Source: Squalus acanthias
Taxonomy: Eukaryota
Assembly: GCA_030390025.1 (NCBI GenBank)
Contig: JASTWF010000033.1
Span: forward strand, 186,001 to 248,000
Direction: 5' to 3'
Length of the DNA stretch: 62,000 bases
The stretch's first letter is position 1, and each line of letters starts with the position of its first letter. Below the pieces are notes generated by a model. The model was given only the letters and a program-made list of their open reading frames with translations, was not told the DNA's origin and did no database searches. A program made the translations under genes and the position numbers. Shown piece after piece: positions 8,926 to 23,900 of the stretch.

Positions 8926-11900
8926 GACGATTAATCAACGGGTTAATGCACAGCTAAAATTACTGCTGATTGTGTTTGCTCCAATGGAGTTTATTATTAC
9001 ATTTGCAAATCATTCTCTCTTTAAACAGCTTTCTTCAAATACTGAAAAGTACAGCAAATGGATGTAAACTCTGTTAAAGAATCGACGACAAAATGAATTG
9101 AATCTGCAGACTGGTTTTGGATTACTCTGGGAGAGCGTACCAGAAGTGCCTTGCAGCACCGCTTGTGTCCAGCAGATGGCGGTCAGACCCTTTTAATTCC
9201 GTCTGAGAGGAAAGTGACACACGGTGGAACAGAATGAATGAGGGCAGCTCAGTTTCAGACACTGAACAGACTGCACCCACAGTGACGTCACACACTACCC
9301 CCTCCCTGGGACAGCTCAGAGTCAGGCAGTGAACACACTGCACCCAAAGTGACATCACTCACTGCCCCCTCCCTGGGGCAGCTCAGAGTCAGACACTGAA
9401 CACACTGCACCCACAGTGACTTCACACACTGCCCCCTCCCTGGGACAGCTCAGTGTCAGACATTGAACATACTGCACCCCACAGTGACATCGCACACTGC
9501 CCCCTCCCTGGGGCAGCTCAGGGTCAGACATTTAACACACTGCACCAAACAGTGACATCACACAGTGCCCCCTCCCTGGGGCAGCTCAGGTTCAAAAACT
9601 GAAAATACGGCACCCACAGTGACATTACACACTGCTCACTCTCTGGGGCAGCTTCGGCCAGATAATGAAAATACTGCACCCACAGTGACATCACACACTA
9701 CCCCCTACCTGGGGAAGCTCAGAGTCAGACACTGAACATTCTGAACCTGGAGTGGCATCACACACTGCCCCCTCCCTTGGGCAACTCAAGTTCAGACACT
9801 GGACATACTGCACCCACAGGGACATCACACACTGCCTCCACCCTGGTGCAGCTCAGGGTCAGACACTGAACATGCTGCACACCACAGTGACATCACACAC
9901 TGCAGCCTCCCTGGGGCAGCTCAGGGTCAGTCACTGAACACACTGCACCCTCAGTGACATCACACACTGCCACCTCCCTGGGACAGCTCAGGCACCGACA
10001 CTGAACATACTGCACCCACAGTGACATCACACACTGCCCCCTCCCTGGGGTAGCTCAGGGTCAGACACTGAACATACTGCACCCACAGTGACATCACAGA
10101 CTGCTCCCTCCCTGGGACAGCTCAGAATCAGACACTGAACAAACTGCACCCACGGTGACATCACACACTGCCCCCTCCCTGGGGCAGCTCAGAGTCAGAC
10201 ACTGAACACACTGCACACACGGTGACATCACACACTGCCCCCTCCCTGGGACAGCTCAGAGTCAGAAACTGAACATACTGCACCCAGAGTGACATAACAC
10301 ACTGCCCCCTCCCTGTGACAGCTCAGAGTCAGACACTGAACATACTGCACCCACAGTAACATCACACACTGCCCCCTCCCTGGGACAGCTCAGGGTCAAA
10401 CACTGAACATACTGCATCCACAAGGACATCACACACTGCCCCCTCCCTGGGGCAGCTCAGAGTCAGATACTGAACATACTGCACCCAAAGTGACATAAAA
10501 AACTACGCCTCCCTGGGGCAGCTCAGTCAGATACTGATCATACTGCACCCCACAATGACATCGCTCATTGCCCCTCCCCTGGACAGCTCAGAGTCAGACA
10601 CTGAACATGCTGCACCCACAGTGACATCACACACTGCCCCTCCCTGGGAAAGCTCAGGTTCAGACACTGAACATACTGCACCCACAGTGACATCACACAC
10701 GGCCCCCTCCCTGGGACAGCTCAGAGTCAGACAATGAATATATTGCACCCCACACTGACATCACACACTGCCCCCTCCCTGGGACAGCTCAGGTTCAGAC
10801 ACTGAACATACTCCACCCACAGTGACATCACACACTGCACCCTCCCTGGGACAGCTCAGGTTCAGACACTGAACATACTGCACCCACAGTGACATCACAC
10901 ACTGCCCCCTCCCTGGGGCAATTCAGGGTCAATCACTGAGCATAGTGAACCCACAGTGACATCATACACTGCGCCCAAACTGGGGCAGCTCAAGGTCATA
11001 CACTGAACATAGTGCTCCAAGAGTGACAGCACACAATGCCCACACCATGGGGCAGCGTAGTTACTGACAATGAACATACTGCTCCCTCAGTGACATCACA
11101 CACTGCTCCCTCGCTGGGGCAGCTCAGAGGCAGACACTGAACATACTGCACCCACAGTGATATCACACACTGCCCCCTCCCTGGGGCAGCTCAGGGTCAG
11201 ACAGTGAAAATAATGCACCAACAGTGACATCAAACTCTGCCCCCTCCCTGGGACAGCTCAGGGTCAGACACTGAACACACTGCACCCACAGTGTCATCAC
11301 ACACTGCCCCATCCCTGGAGCTGCTCAGGGTGAGATACTGACAATACTGCACCCCACAGTGACATCACACACTGCCCCCTCCCTGGGGCAGCTCAGAGAC
11401 AGACACTGAACATACTGCACCCACACAGTGACATCACACACTGCCCCCTCCCTGGGACAGCTCAGAGTCAGACAATGAACACACTGCACACACAGTGACA
11501 TCACACACTGCCACCTCCCTGGGACAGCTCAGAGTCAGACACTGAACATACTGCACCAACGGTGAAATCACACACTGACCCCGCCCTGTGGCAGCTCAAA
11601 GTCAGACACTGAATATACTGCACCGCACATTGACATCACACAATGCCCCCTCCCTGGGTCAGCTCAGGTCAGACACTGAACATGCTGCCCAAACAGGGGC
11701 ATCACACAATGCTCCCTCCCTGGGGCAGTTCAGGGTAAGACACTGAACATACTGCACCAACAGGGACATCAAACACTTCCCCCTCCCTGGGGCAGCTCAG
11801 AGACAGACACCGAACATACAGCACCCACAGGGACATAGCTCTATGGCCCTCCCTGGGGCAGCTCAGGATCAGACATTGAATATACCGCAACCAACAGAGA

Positions 11901-14900
11901 CATAAAGCACTTCCACATCCCTTGGGCTGCTCAGAGTGAGATACTGAACATACTGCACCCCACAAGAACATCACACACTGCCCCCTCACTGGGACAGCTC
12001 AGAGTCAGACACTGAATATATTGCACCCCACAGTGACATCACACACTGCCCCCTCCCTGGGACAGCTCAGAGTCAGACACTGAACACACTGCACCCACAG
12101 TGACATCACACACTGCCCCTCCCTGGGACAGCTCAGGGTCAGACACTGAACACACTGCACCCACAGTGACATCACACACTGCCCCCTCCCTGGGACAGCT
12201 CAGGTCAGACACTGAACATACTGCACCCACAGTGACATCACACACTGCCCCTCCCTGGGCAGCTCAGAGTCAGACACTGAACATACTGCACCACAGTGAC
12301 ATCACACACTGCCCCTCCCTGGGACAGCTCAGAGTCAGACACTGAACATACTGCACCCACAGTGACATCACACACTGCCCCTCCCTGGGACAGCTCAGAG
12401 TCAGACACTGAACATACTGCACCCACAGTGACATCACACACTGCCCCCTCCCTGGGACAGCTCAGAGTCAGACACTGAACACACTGCACCCACAGTGACA
12501 TCACACACTGCCCCCTCCCTGGGACAGCTCAGAGTCAGACACTGAACATACTGCAGCCACAGTGACATCACACACTGCCCCCTCCCTGGGACAGCTCAGG
12601 GTCAGACACTGAACAAACTGCACCCACAGTGTCATCACACACTGCCCCATCCCTGGGGCAGCTCATATTCAGACACTGAACACACTGCACCCACAGTGAC
12701 ATCACAGACTGTTCCCTCCCTGGGTAGCTCAGGGACAGACAGTGAAAATACTGCACCCACAGTGACATCACACACTGCCCCCTCCCTGGGTAGCTCAGGG
12801 ACAGACAGTAAAAATACTGCAGCCACAGTGACATCACACACCGCCCCCTCCCTGGGACAGCTCAGAGTCAGACACTGAACATACTGCACCCACAGTGACA
12901 TCACATACTGCCCTCTCCCTGGGGCAAGTTCAGCCCAGACACTGAACATACTGAACCTAGAGTGACATCACACACTGCCCCCTCCCTGGGACAGCTCAGA
13001 GTCAGACACTGAACATACTGCACCCACAGTGACATCACACACTGCCACCTCCCTGGGACAGCTCAGAGACAGACATTGAACATACTGCACCCACAGTGAC
13101 ATGACACACTGCCCCCTCCCTGGGGCAGCTCAGGCCAGACACTGAACATACTGAACCTAGAGAGACATCACACACTGCCCCCTCCCTTGATCAGCTCAGA
13201 GTCAGACACTGAACATGCTGCACCCCACTGTGACATCACACACTGCACCCTCCCTGGGACAGCTCAGAGTCAGACACTGAACATACTGCTCCCACAGTGA
13301 CATCAAAGACTGCTCCCTCCCTGGGGCAACTCAGGGTCAGAAACTGAACATACTGCAACCCACAGGAATATCGCGCACTGCCCCCTCCTTGGGGCAGCTC
13401 AGATTCAGACACTGAACATACTGCACCCACAGATACATCACACACTGCCCCCTCCCTGGGACAGCTCAGAGTCAGACTCTGAACACACTGCACCCACAGA
13501 TACATCACACACTGCCCCCTCCCTGGGACAGATCCGAGTCAGACACTGAACATACTGCACCCTCAGTGACATCACACACTACCCCCTCCCTGGGACAGCT
13601 CAGAGTCAGACACTGAACACATTACAGCCACAGTGACATCACACACTGCCCCCTCCCTGGGACAGCTCAGAGTCAGACACTGAAGATACTGCACCCACAT
13701 TAACATCACACATTTCCCCCTCCCTAGGACAGCTCAGACTCAGACACTGAACACACTGCACCCACAGTGACATCACACACTGCCCCCTCCCTCGGGCAGC
13801 TCAGAGTCAGACACTGAACATACTGCACCCACAGTGACATCACACACTGCCCCCTCCCTGGAGCAGCTCAGAGTGAGACACTGAACATATTGCACCCACA
13901 GTGACATCACACACTGCACCCACCCTGGGGCAGCTCAGAGTCAGACACTGAACATACTGCACCCACTGTGACATCACACACTGCCCCCTCCCTGGGGCAG
14001 CTCAGGTTCAGACACTGAACGTGCTGCACCAACAGGGACATCACACACTGCCCCCTCCCTGGGACAGCTCAGAGTCAGACACTGAACACACTGCACCCAC
14101 AGTGACATCACACACTGCCCCCTCCCTGGGACAGCTCAGAGTCAGACACTGAACACACTGCACCCACAGTGACATCACACACTGCCCCCTCCCTGGGACA
14201 GCTCAGAGTCAGACACTGAACACACTGCACCCACAGTGACATCACACACTGCCCCCTCCCTGGGACAGCTCAGAGTCAGACACTGAACACACTGCACCCA
14301 CAGTGACATCACACACTGCCCCCTCCCTGGGACAGCTCAGAGTCAGACACTGAACACACTGCACCCACAGTGACATCACACACTGCCCCCTCCCTGGGAC
14401 AGCTCAGAGTCAGACACTGAACATACTGCACCCACAGTGACATCACACACTGCCCCCTCCCTGGGACAGCTCAGAGTCAGACACTGAACATACTGCACCC
14501 ACAGTGACATCACACACTGCCCCCTCCCTGGGACAGCTCAGAGTCAGACATTGAATATACTGCACCAAAGAGGGACATCACACAATGCCACCTCCTTGGG
14601 GCATCTCAGGTCAGTCATTGAACATACTGCACCCACAGTGATATCACACACTGCCCCCTCGCTGGGACAGTTCAGGGTCAGACACTGAACAAACTGCACG
14701 CACAGTGACATCAATCACTGCCCCCTCCCTGGGACAGTTCAGGGTCAGACACTGAACAAACTGCACCCACAGTGACATCACACACTGCCCCCTCCCTGGG
14801 GCAGCTCAGTTCAGACATTGAACATATTGCACCCACAGTGACATCACACGCTGCGCCCTCCCTGGGGCAGCTCAGGTCAGACATTGAACATACTGCACCC

Positions 14901-17900
14901 ACAGTGACATCACACGCTGCGCCCTCCCTGGGGCAGCTCAGGTCAGCCATTGAAAATACTGCACCCACAGTGACATCACAAACTTCCCCACCCTGGGGCA
15001 GCTCAGGTTAGACACTGAACATACTGCACCCACAGGGACATCACACACTGCCCCCTCCCTGGGACAGCTCAGAGTCAGACACTGAACATACTGCACCCAC
15101 AGTGACATCACACACTGCCCCCTCCCTGGGACAGCTCAGAGTCAGACACTGAACATACTGCACCCACAGTGACATCACACACTGCCCCCTCCCTGGGACA
15201 GCTCAGAGTCAGACACTGAACATACTGCACCACAGTGACATCACACACTGCCCCCTCCCTGGGACAGCTCAGAGTCAGACACTGAACACACTGCACCCAC
15301 AGTGACATCACACACTGCCCCCTCCCTGGGACAGCTCAGAGTCAGACACTGAACACACTGCACCCACAGTGACATCACACACTGCCCCCTCCCTGGGACA
15401 GCTCAGAGTCAGACACTGAACATACTGCACCCACAGTGACATCACACACTGCCCCCTCCCTGGGACAGCTCAGAGTCAGACACTGAACATACTGCACCCA
15501 CAGTGACATCACACACTGCCCCCTCCCTGGGACAGCTCAGAGTCAGACACTGAACATACTGCACCCACAGTGACATCACACACTGCCCCCTCCCTGGGAC
15601 AGCTCAGAGTCAGACACTGAACATACTGCACCCACAGTGACATCACACACTGCCCCCTCCCTGGGACAGCTCAGAGTCAGACACTGAACATACTGCACCC
15701 ACAGTGACATCACACACTGCCCCTCCCTGGGACAGCTCAGAGTCAGACACTGAACACACTGCACCCACAGTGACATCACACACTGCCCCCTCCCTGGGAC
15801 AGCTCAGAGTCAGACACTGAACACACTGCACCCACAGTGACATCACACACTGCCCCCTCCCTGGGACAGCTCAGAGTCAGACACTGAACACACTGCACCC
15901 ACAGTGACATCACACACTGCCCCCTCCCTGGGACAGCTCAGAGTCAGACACTGAACATACTGCACCCACAGTGACATCACACACTGCCCCCTCCCTGGGA
16001 CAGCTCAGAGTCAGACACTGAACATACTGCACCCACAGTGACATCACACACTGCCCCCTCCCTGGGCAGCTCAGAGACAGACACCGAACATACTGCACCC
16101 ACAGGGACATAACACTCTGTCCCTCCCTGGGGCAGCTCAGGATCAGACATTGAATATACCGCAACCAACAGAGACATAAAGCACTTCCACATCCCTGGGC
16201 TGCTCAGTGTGAGATACTGAACATACTGCACCCACAAGAACATCACACACTGCCCCCTCACTGGGACAGCTCAGAGTCAGACACTGAATATAATGCACCC
16301 ACAGTGACATCACACACTGCCACGTCCCTGAAGCAGCTCAGAGTCAGACATTGAACATACTGCACCCACAGACACATCACACACTGCCCGTCCATGGGCA
16401 GATCAGGGTCAGTCAGTGAACACACTGCACCCACAGTGAAATCACAAACTTCCCCCTCCCTGGGGCAGATCAGGGACAATCACTGAGCATACTGAACCCA
16501 CAGTGACATCACACACTGAGCCCAAACTGGGGCAGCTCAAGGTCATACACTGAACATAGTGCTCCGAGAGTGAAAGCACACAATGCCCACACCATCGGGC
16601 AGCTTTGTTTCTGACAATGAACATACTGCTCCCTCAGTGACATCACACAGTGCTCCCTCGCTGGGGCAGCTCAGAGGCAGACACTGAACATACTGCACCC
16701 ACAGTGACATCACAGACTGCCCCCTCCCTGGGTAGCTCAGGGACAGACAGTGAAAATACTGCACCCACAGTGACATCACACACTGCCCCCTCCCTGGGTA
16801 GCTCAGGGACAGACAGTAAAAATACTGCAGCCACAGTGACATCACACACTGCCCCCTCCCTGGGACAGCTCAGGGTCAGACACTGAACAAACTGCACCCA
16901 CAGTGTCATCACACACTGCCCCATCCCTGGGGCAGCTCATATTCAGACACTGAACACACTGCACCCACAGTGACATCACAGACTGTTCCCTCCCTGGGTA
17001 GCTCAGGGACAGACAGTGAAAATACTGCACCCACAGTGACATCACACACTGCCCCCTCCCTGGGTAGCTCAGGGACAGACAGTAAAAATACTGCAGCCAC
17101 AGTGACATCACACACCGCCCCCTCCCTGGGACAGCTCAGAGTCAGACACTGAACATACTGCACCCACAGTGACATCACATACTGCCCTCTCCCTGGGGCA
17201 AGTTCAGCCCAGACACTGAACATACTGAACCTAGAGTGACATCACACACTGCCCCCTCCCTGGGACAGCTCAGAGTCAGACACTGAACATACTGCACCCA
17301 CAGTGACATCACACACTGCCACCTCCCTGGGACAGCTCAGAGACAGACATTGAACATACTGCACCCACAGTGACATGACACACTGCCCCCTCCCTGGGGC
17401 AGCTCAGGCCAGACACTGAACATACTGAACCTAGAGAGACATCACACACTGCCCCCTCCCTTGATCAGCTCAGAGTCAGACACTGAACATGCTGCACCCC
17501 ACTGTGACATCACACACTGCACCCTCCCTGGGACAGCTCAGAGTCAGACACTGAACATACTGCACCCACAGTGACATCACACACTGCTCCCTCCCTGGGA
17601 CAGCTCAGGGTCAGACACTGAACATACTGCACCCACAGTGACATCACACACTGCCCCCTCCTGGGACAGCTCAGAGTCAGACACTGAACATACTGCACCC
17701 ACAGTGACATCACACACTGCCCCCTCCCTGGGACAGCTCAGAGTCAGACACTGAACACACTGCACCCACAGTGACATCACACACTGCCCCCTCCCTGGGA
17801 CAGCTCAGAGTCAGACACTGAACATACTGCACCCACAGTGACATCACACACTGCCCCCTCCCTGGGACAGCTCAGAGTCAGACACTGAACACACTGCACC

Positions 17901-20900
17901 CACAGTGACATCACACACTGCCCCTCCCTGGGACAGCTCAGAGTCAGACACTGAACATACTGCACCCACAGTGACATCACACACTGCCCCCTCCCTGGGA
18001 CAGCTCAGAGTCAGACACTGAACACACTGCACCCACAGTGACATCACACACTGCCCCCTCCCTCGGGACAGCTCAGAGTCAGACACTGAACATACTGCAC
18101 CCACAGTGACATCACACACTGCCCCCTCCCTGGGACAGCTCAGAGTCAGACACTGAACATACTGCACCCACAGTGACATCACACACTGCACCCTCCCTGG
18201 GACAGCTCAGAGTCAGACACTGAACATACTGCACCCACAGTGACATCACACACTGCCCCCTCCCTGGGCAGCTCAGGGTCAGACACTGAACACACTGCAC
18301 CAACAGTGACATCACACACTGCACCCTCCCTGGGGCCGCTCAGAGACAGACCCTGAACATACTGCACCCACAGTGACGTAACACACTGTCCCTCCCTGGG
18401 ACAGCTCAGAGTCAGACACTGAATACACCGCACCCACAGTGACATCAAACACTGCCCCCTCCCTGGGACTGCTCAGGGTCAGACACTGAACATACTGCAC
18501 CCACAGTGACATCACACACTGCCCCCTCCCTGGGACAGCTCAGAGTCAGACACTGAACATACTGCACCCACAGTGACATCACACACTGACCCTCCCTGGG
18601 ACAGCTCAGAGTCAGACACTGAAAACACTGCACCACAGTGACATCACACACTGCCCCCTCCCTGGGACAGCTCAGAGTCAGACACTGAACACACTGCACC
18701 CACAGTGACATCACACACTGCCCCCTCCCTGGGACAGCTCAGAGTCAGACACTGAACATACTGCACCCACAGTGACATCACACACTGCCCCCTCCCTGGG
18801 ACAGCTCAGAGTCAGACACTGAACATACTGCACCCACAGTGACATCACACACTGCCCCCTCCCTGGGACAGCTCAGAGTCAGACACTGAACATACTGCAC
18901 CCACAGTGACATCACACACTGCCCCCTCCCTGGGACAGCTCAGAGTCAGACACTGAACAAACTGCACCCACAGTGACATCACACACTGCCCCCTCCCTGG
19001 GACAGCTCAGGGTCAGACACTGAACAAACTGCACCCACAGTGACATCACACACTGCCCCCTCCCTGGGACAGCTCAGAGTCAGACACTGAACATACTGCA
19101 CCCACAGTGACATCACACACTGCCCCCTCCCTGGGACAGCTCAGAGTCAGACACTGAACATACTGCACCCACAGTGACATCACACACTGCCCCCTCCCTG
19201 GGACAGCTCAGAGTCAGACACTGAACATACTGCACCCACAGTGACATCACACACTGCCCCCTCCCTGGGACAGCTCAGAGTCAGACACTGAACATACTGC
19301 ACCCACAGTGACATCACACACTGCCCCCTCCCTGGGACAGCTCAGAGTCAGACACTGAACATACTGCACCCACAGTGACATCACACACTGCCCCCTCCCT
19401 GGGACAGCTCAGAGTCAGACACTGAACATACTGCACCCACAGTGACATCACACACTGCCCCCTCCCTGGGACAGCTCAGAGTCAGACACTGAACATACTG
19501 CACCCACAGTGACATCACACACTGCCCCCTCCCTGGGACAGCTCAGAGTCAGACACTGAACACACTGCACCCACAGTGACATCACACACTGCCCCCTCCC
19601 TGGGACAGCTCAGAGTCAGACACTGAACACACTGCACCCACAGTGACATCACACACTGCCCCCTCCCTGGGACAGCTCAGAGTCAGACACTGAACAAACT
19701 GCACCCACAGTGACATCACACACTGCCCCCTCCCTGGGACAGCTCAGAGTCAGACACTGAACACACTGCACCCACAGTGACATCACACACTGCCCCCTCC
19801 CTGGGACAGCTCAGAGTCAGACACTGAACATACTGCACCCACAGTGACATCACACACTGCCCCCTCCCTGGGACAGCTCAGAGTCAGACACTGAACATAC
19901 TGCACCCACAGTGACATCACACACTGCCCCCTCCCTGGGACAGCTCAGAGTCAGACACTGAACATACTGCACCCACAGTGACATCACACACTGCCCCTCC
20001 CTGGGACAGCTCAGAGTCAGACACTGAACATACTGCACCCACAGTGACATCACACACTGCCCCCTCCTTGGGGCAGCTCAGAGTCAGACACTGAACATAC
20101 TGCACCCACAGATACATCACACACTGTCCCCTCCCTGGGACAGCTCAGAGTCAGTCACTGAACACACTGCACCCACAGATACATCACACACTGCCCCCTC
20201 CCTGGGACAGATCCGAGTCAGACACTGAACATACTGCACCCTCAGTGACATCACACACTGCCCCCTCCCTGGGGCAGCTCAGGTTCAGACACTGAACATG
20301 CTGCACCAACAGGGACATCACACATTGCACCCTCCCTGGGGCCGCTCAGAAACAGACGCCGAACATACTGCACCCACAGGGACGTAACACTCTGTCCCTC
20401 CCTGGGGCAGCTCAGAATCAGACATTGAATACACCGCAACCAACAGAGGCATATAACACTGCCACCACCCTGGGGCTGCTCAGGGTGAGATACTGAACAT
20501 ACTGCATCCCACAGTGACATCACACACTGCCCCCTCCCTGGGACAGCTCAGAGACAGACACCGAACATAATGAAACCACAGGGACTTAAAACTATGCCCT
20601 TCCCTGGGGCAGCTCAGAGTCAGACACTGAACATACTGCATCCACAGTGACATCACACACTGCCCCCTCCCTGGGGCAGCTCAGAATCAGACAGTGAACA
20701 TACTGCACCCACAGTGACATCACACACTGCCCCCTCCCTGGGACAGCTCAGACTCAGACACTGAATATATTGCACATCACAGTGACATTAAACACTGTCC
20801 CGTCCCTGAACCAGTCAAGGTCAGTCATTGAATATACTGCACCAAAGAGGGACATCACACAATGCCACCTCCTTGGGGCAGCTCAGGTCAGTCATTGAAC

Positions 20901-23900
20901 ATACTGCACCCACAGTGATATCACACACTGCCCCCTCGCTGGGACAGTTCAGGGTCAGACACTGAACAAACTGCACGCACAGTGACATCAATCACTGCCC
21001 CCTCCCTGGGACAGTTCAGGGTCAGACACTGAACAAACTGCACCCACAGTGACATCACACACTGCCCCCTCCCTGGGACAGCTCAGAGTCAGACACTGAA
21101 CACACTGCACCCACAGTGACATCACACACTGCCCCCTCCCTGGGACAGCTCAGAGTCAGACACTGAACATACTGCACCCACAGTGACATCACACACTGCC
21201 CCCTCCCTGGGACAGCTCAGAGTCAGACACTGAACATACTGCACCCACAGTGACATCACACACTGCCCCTCCCTGGGACAGCTCAGAGTCAGACACTGAA
21301 CATACTGCACCCACAGTGACATCACACACTGCCCCCTCCCTGGGACAGCTCAGAGTCAGACACTGAACACACTGCACCCACAGTGACATCACACACTGCC
21401 CCCTCCCTGGGACAGCTCAGAGTCAGACACTGAACACACTGCACCCACAGTGACATCACACACTGCCCCCTCCCTGGGACAGCTCAGAGTCAGACACTGA
21501 ACACACTGCACCCACAGTGACATCACACACTGCCCCCTCCCTGGGACAGCTCAGAGTCAGACACTGAACACACTGCACCCACAGTGACATCACACACTGC
21601 CCCCTCCCTGGGACAGCTCAGAGTCAGACACTGAACACACTGCACCCACAGTGACATCACACACTGCCCCCTCCCTGGGACAGCTCAGAGTCAGACACTG
21701 AACATACTGCACCCACAGTGACATCACACACTGCCCCCTCCCTGGGACAGCTCAGAGTCAGACACTGAACATACTGCACCCACAGTGACATCACACACTG
21801 CCCCCTCCCTGGGACAGCTCAGAGTCAGACACTGAACACACTGCACCCACAGTGACATCACACACTGCCCCCTCCCTGGGACAGCTCAGAGTCAGACACT
21901 GAACACACTGCACCCACAGTGACATCACACACTGCCCCCTCCCTGGGACAGCTCAGAGTCAGACACTGAACACACTGCACCCACAGTGACATCACACACT
22001 GCCCCCTCCCTGGGACAGCTCAGAGTCAGACACTGAACACACTGCACCCACAGTGACATCACACACTGCCCCCTCCTGGAGCAGCTCAGAGTCAGACACT
22101 GAACATACTGCACCCACAGTGACATCACACACTGCCCCTCCCTGGGACAGCTCAGAGTCAGTCACTGAACAAACTGCACCCACAGTGACATCACACACTG
22201 CCCCCTCCCTGGGACAGCTCAGAGTCAGACACTGAACATACTGCACCCACAGTGACATCACACACTGCCCCCTCCCTGGGACAGCTCAGAGTCAGACACT
22301 GAACATACTGCACCAACAGTGACATCACACACTGCACCCTCCCTGGGGCAGCTCAGAATCAGACACTGAACATACTGCACCCACAGGGACATCACACACT
22401 GCCCCTCCCTGGGACAGCTCAGAGTCAGACACTGAACACACTGCACCACAGTGACATCACACACTGCCACCTCCCTGGGGCTGCTCAGGGTCAGACACTG
22501 AACATACTGCACCCACAGTGACATCACACACTGCCCCCTCCCTGGGACAGCTCAGAGACAGACACCTGAACATACTGCAACCACAGTGACATAAACACTT
22601 GCCCCTCCCTGGGGCAGCTCAGAGTCAGACACTGAACATACTGCATCCACAGTGACATCACAAACTGCCCCCTCCCTGGGACAGCTCAGACTCAGACACT
22701 GAATATACTGCACACACAGTGACATTAAACACTGTCCCTCCTGGACCAGTCAAGGTCAGTCATTGAATATACTGCACCAACAGGGACATCACACAATGCC
22801 CCCTCCTTGGGGCAGCTCAGAGTCAGTAATTGAACATACTGCACCCACAGTGACATCAAACACTGCCCCCTCCCTGGGACAGTTCAGGGTCAGACACTGA
22901 ACAAACTGCACGCACAGTGACATCACTCACTGCCCCCTCCCTGGGACAGTTCAGGGTCAGACACTGAACAAACTGCACCCACAGTGACATCACACACTTC
23001 CCCCTCCCTGGGCAGCTCAGGTCAGACATGAACATACTGCACCCACAGTGACATCACACACTGCCCCCTCCCTGGGACAGCTCAGAGTCAGACACTGAAC
23101 ATACTGCACCCACAGTGACATCACACACTGCCCCTCCCTGGGACAGCTCAGAGTCAGACACTGAACATACTGCACCCACAGTGACATCACACACTGCCCC
23201 CTCCCTGGGACAGCTCAGAGTCAGACACTGAACATACTGCACCCACAGTGACATCACACACTGCCCCCTCCCTGGGACAGCTCAGAGTCAGACACTGAAC
23301 ATACTGCACCCACAGTGACATCACACACTGCCCCCTCCCTGGGACAGCTCAGAGTCAGACACTGAACATACTGCACCCACAGTGACATCACACACTGCCC
23401 CTCCCTGGGACAGCTCAGAGTCAGACACTGAACATACTGCACCCACAGTGACATCACACACTGCCCCCTCCTGGGACAGCTCAGAGTCAGACACTGAACA
23501 CACTGCACCCACAGTGACATCACACACTGCCCCCTCCCTGGGACAGCTCAGAGTCAGACACTGAACATACTGCACCCACAGTGACATCACACACTGCCCC
23601 TCCCTGGGACAGCTCAGAGTCAGACACTGAACACACTGCACCCACAGTGACATCACACACTGCCCCCTCCCTGGGACAGCTCAGAGTCAGACACTGAACA
23701 CACTGCACCCACAGTGACATCACACACTGCCCCCTCCCTGGGACAGCTCAGAGTCAGACACTGAACATACTGCACCCACAGTGACATCACACACTGCCCC
23801 CTCCCTGGGACAGCTCAGAGTCAGACACTGAACATACTGCACCCACAGTGACATCACACACTGCCCCCTCCCTGGGACAGCTCAGAGTCAGACACTGAAC

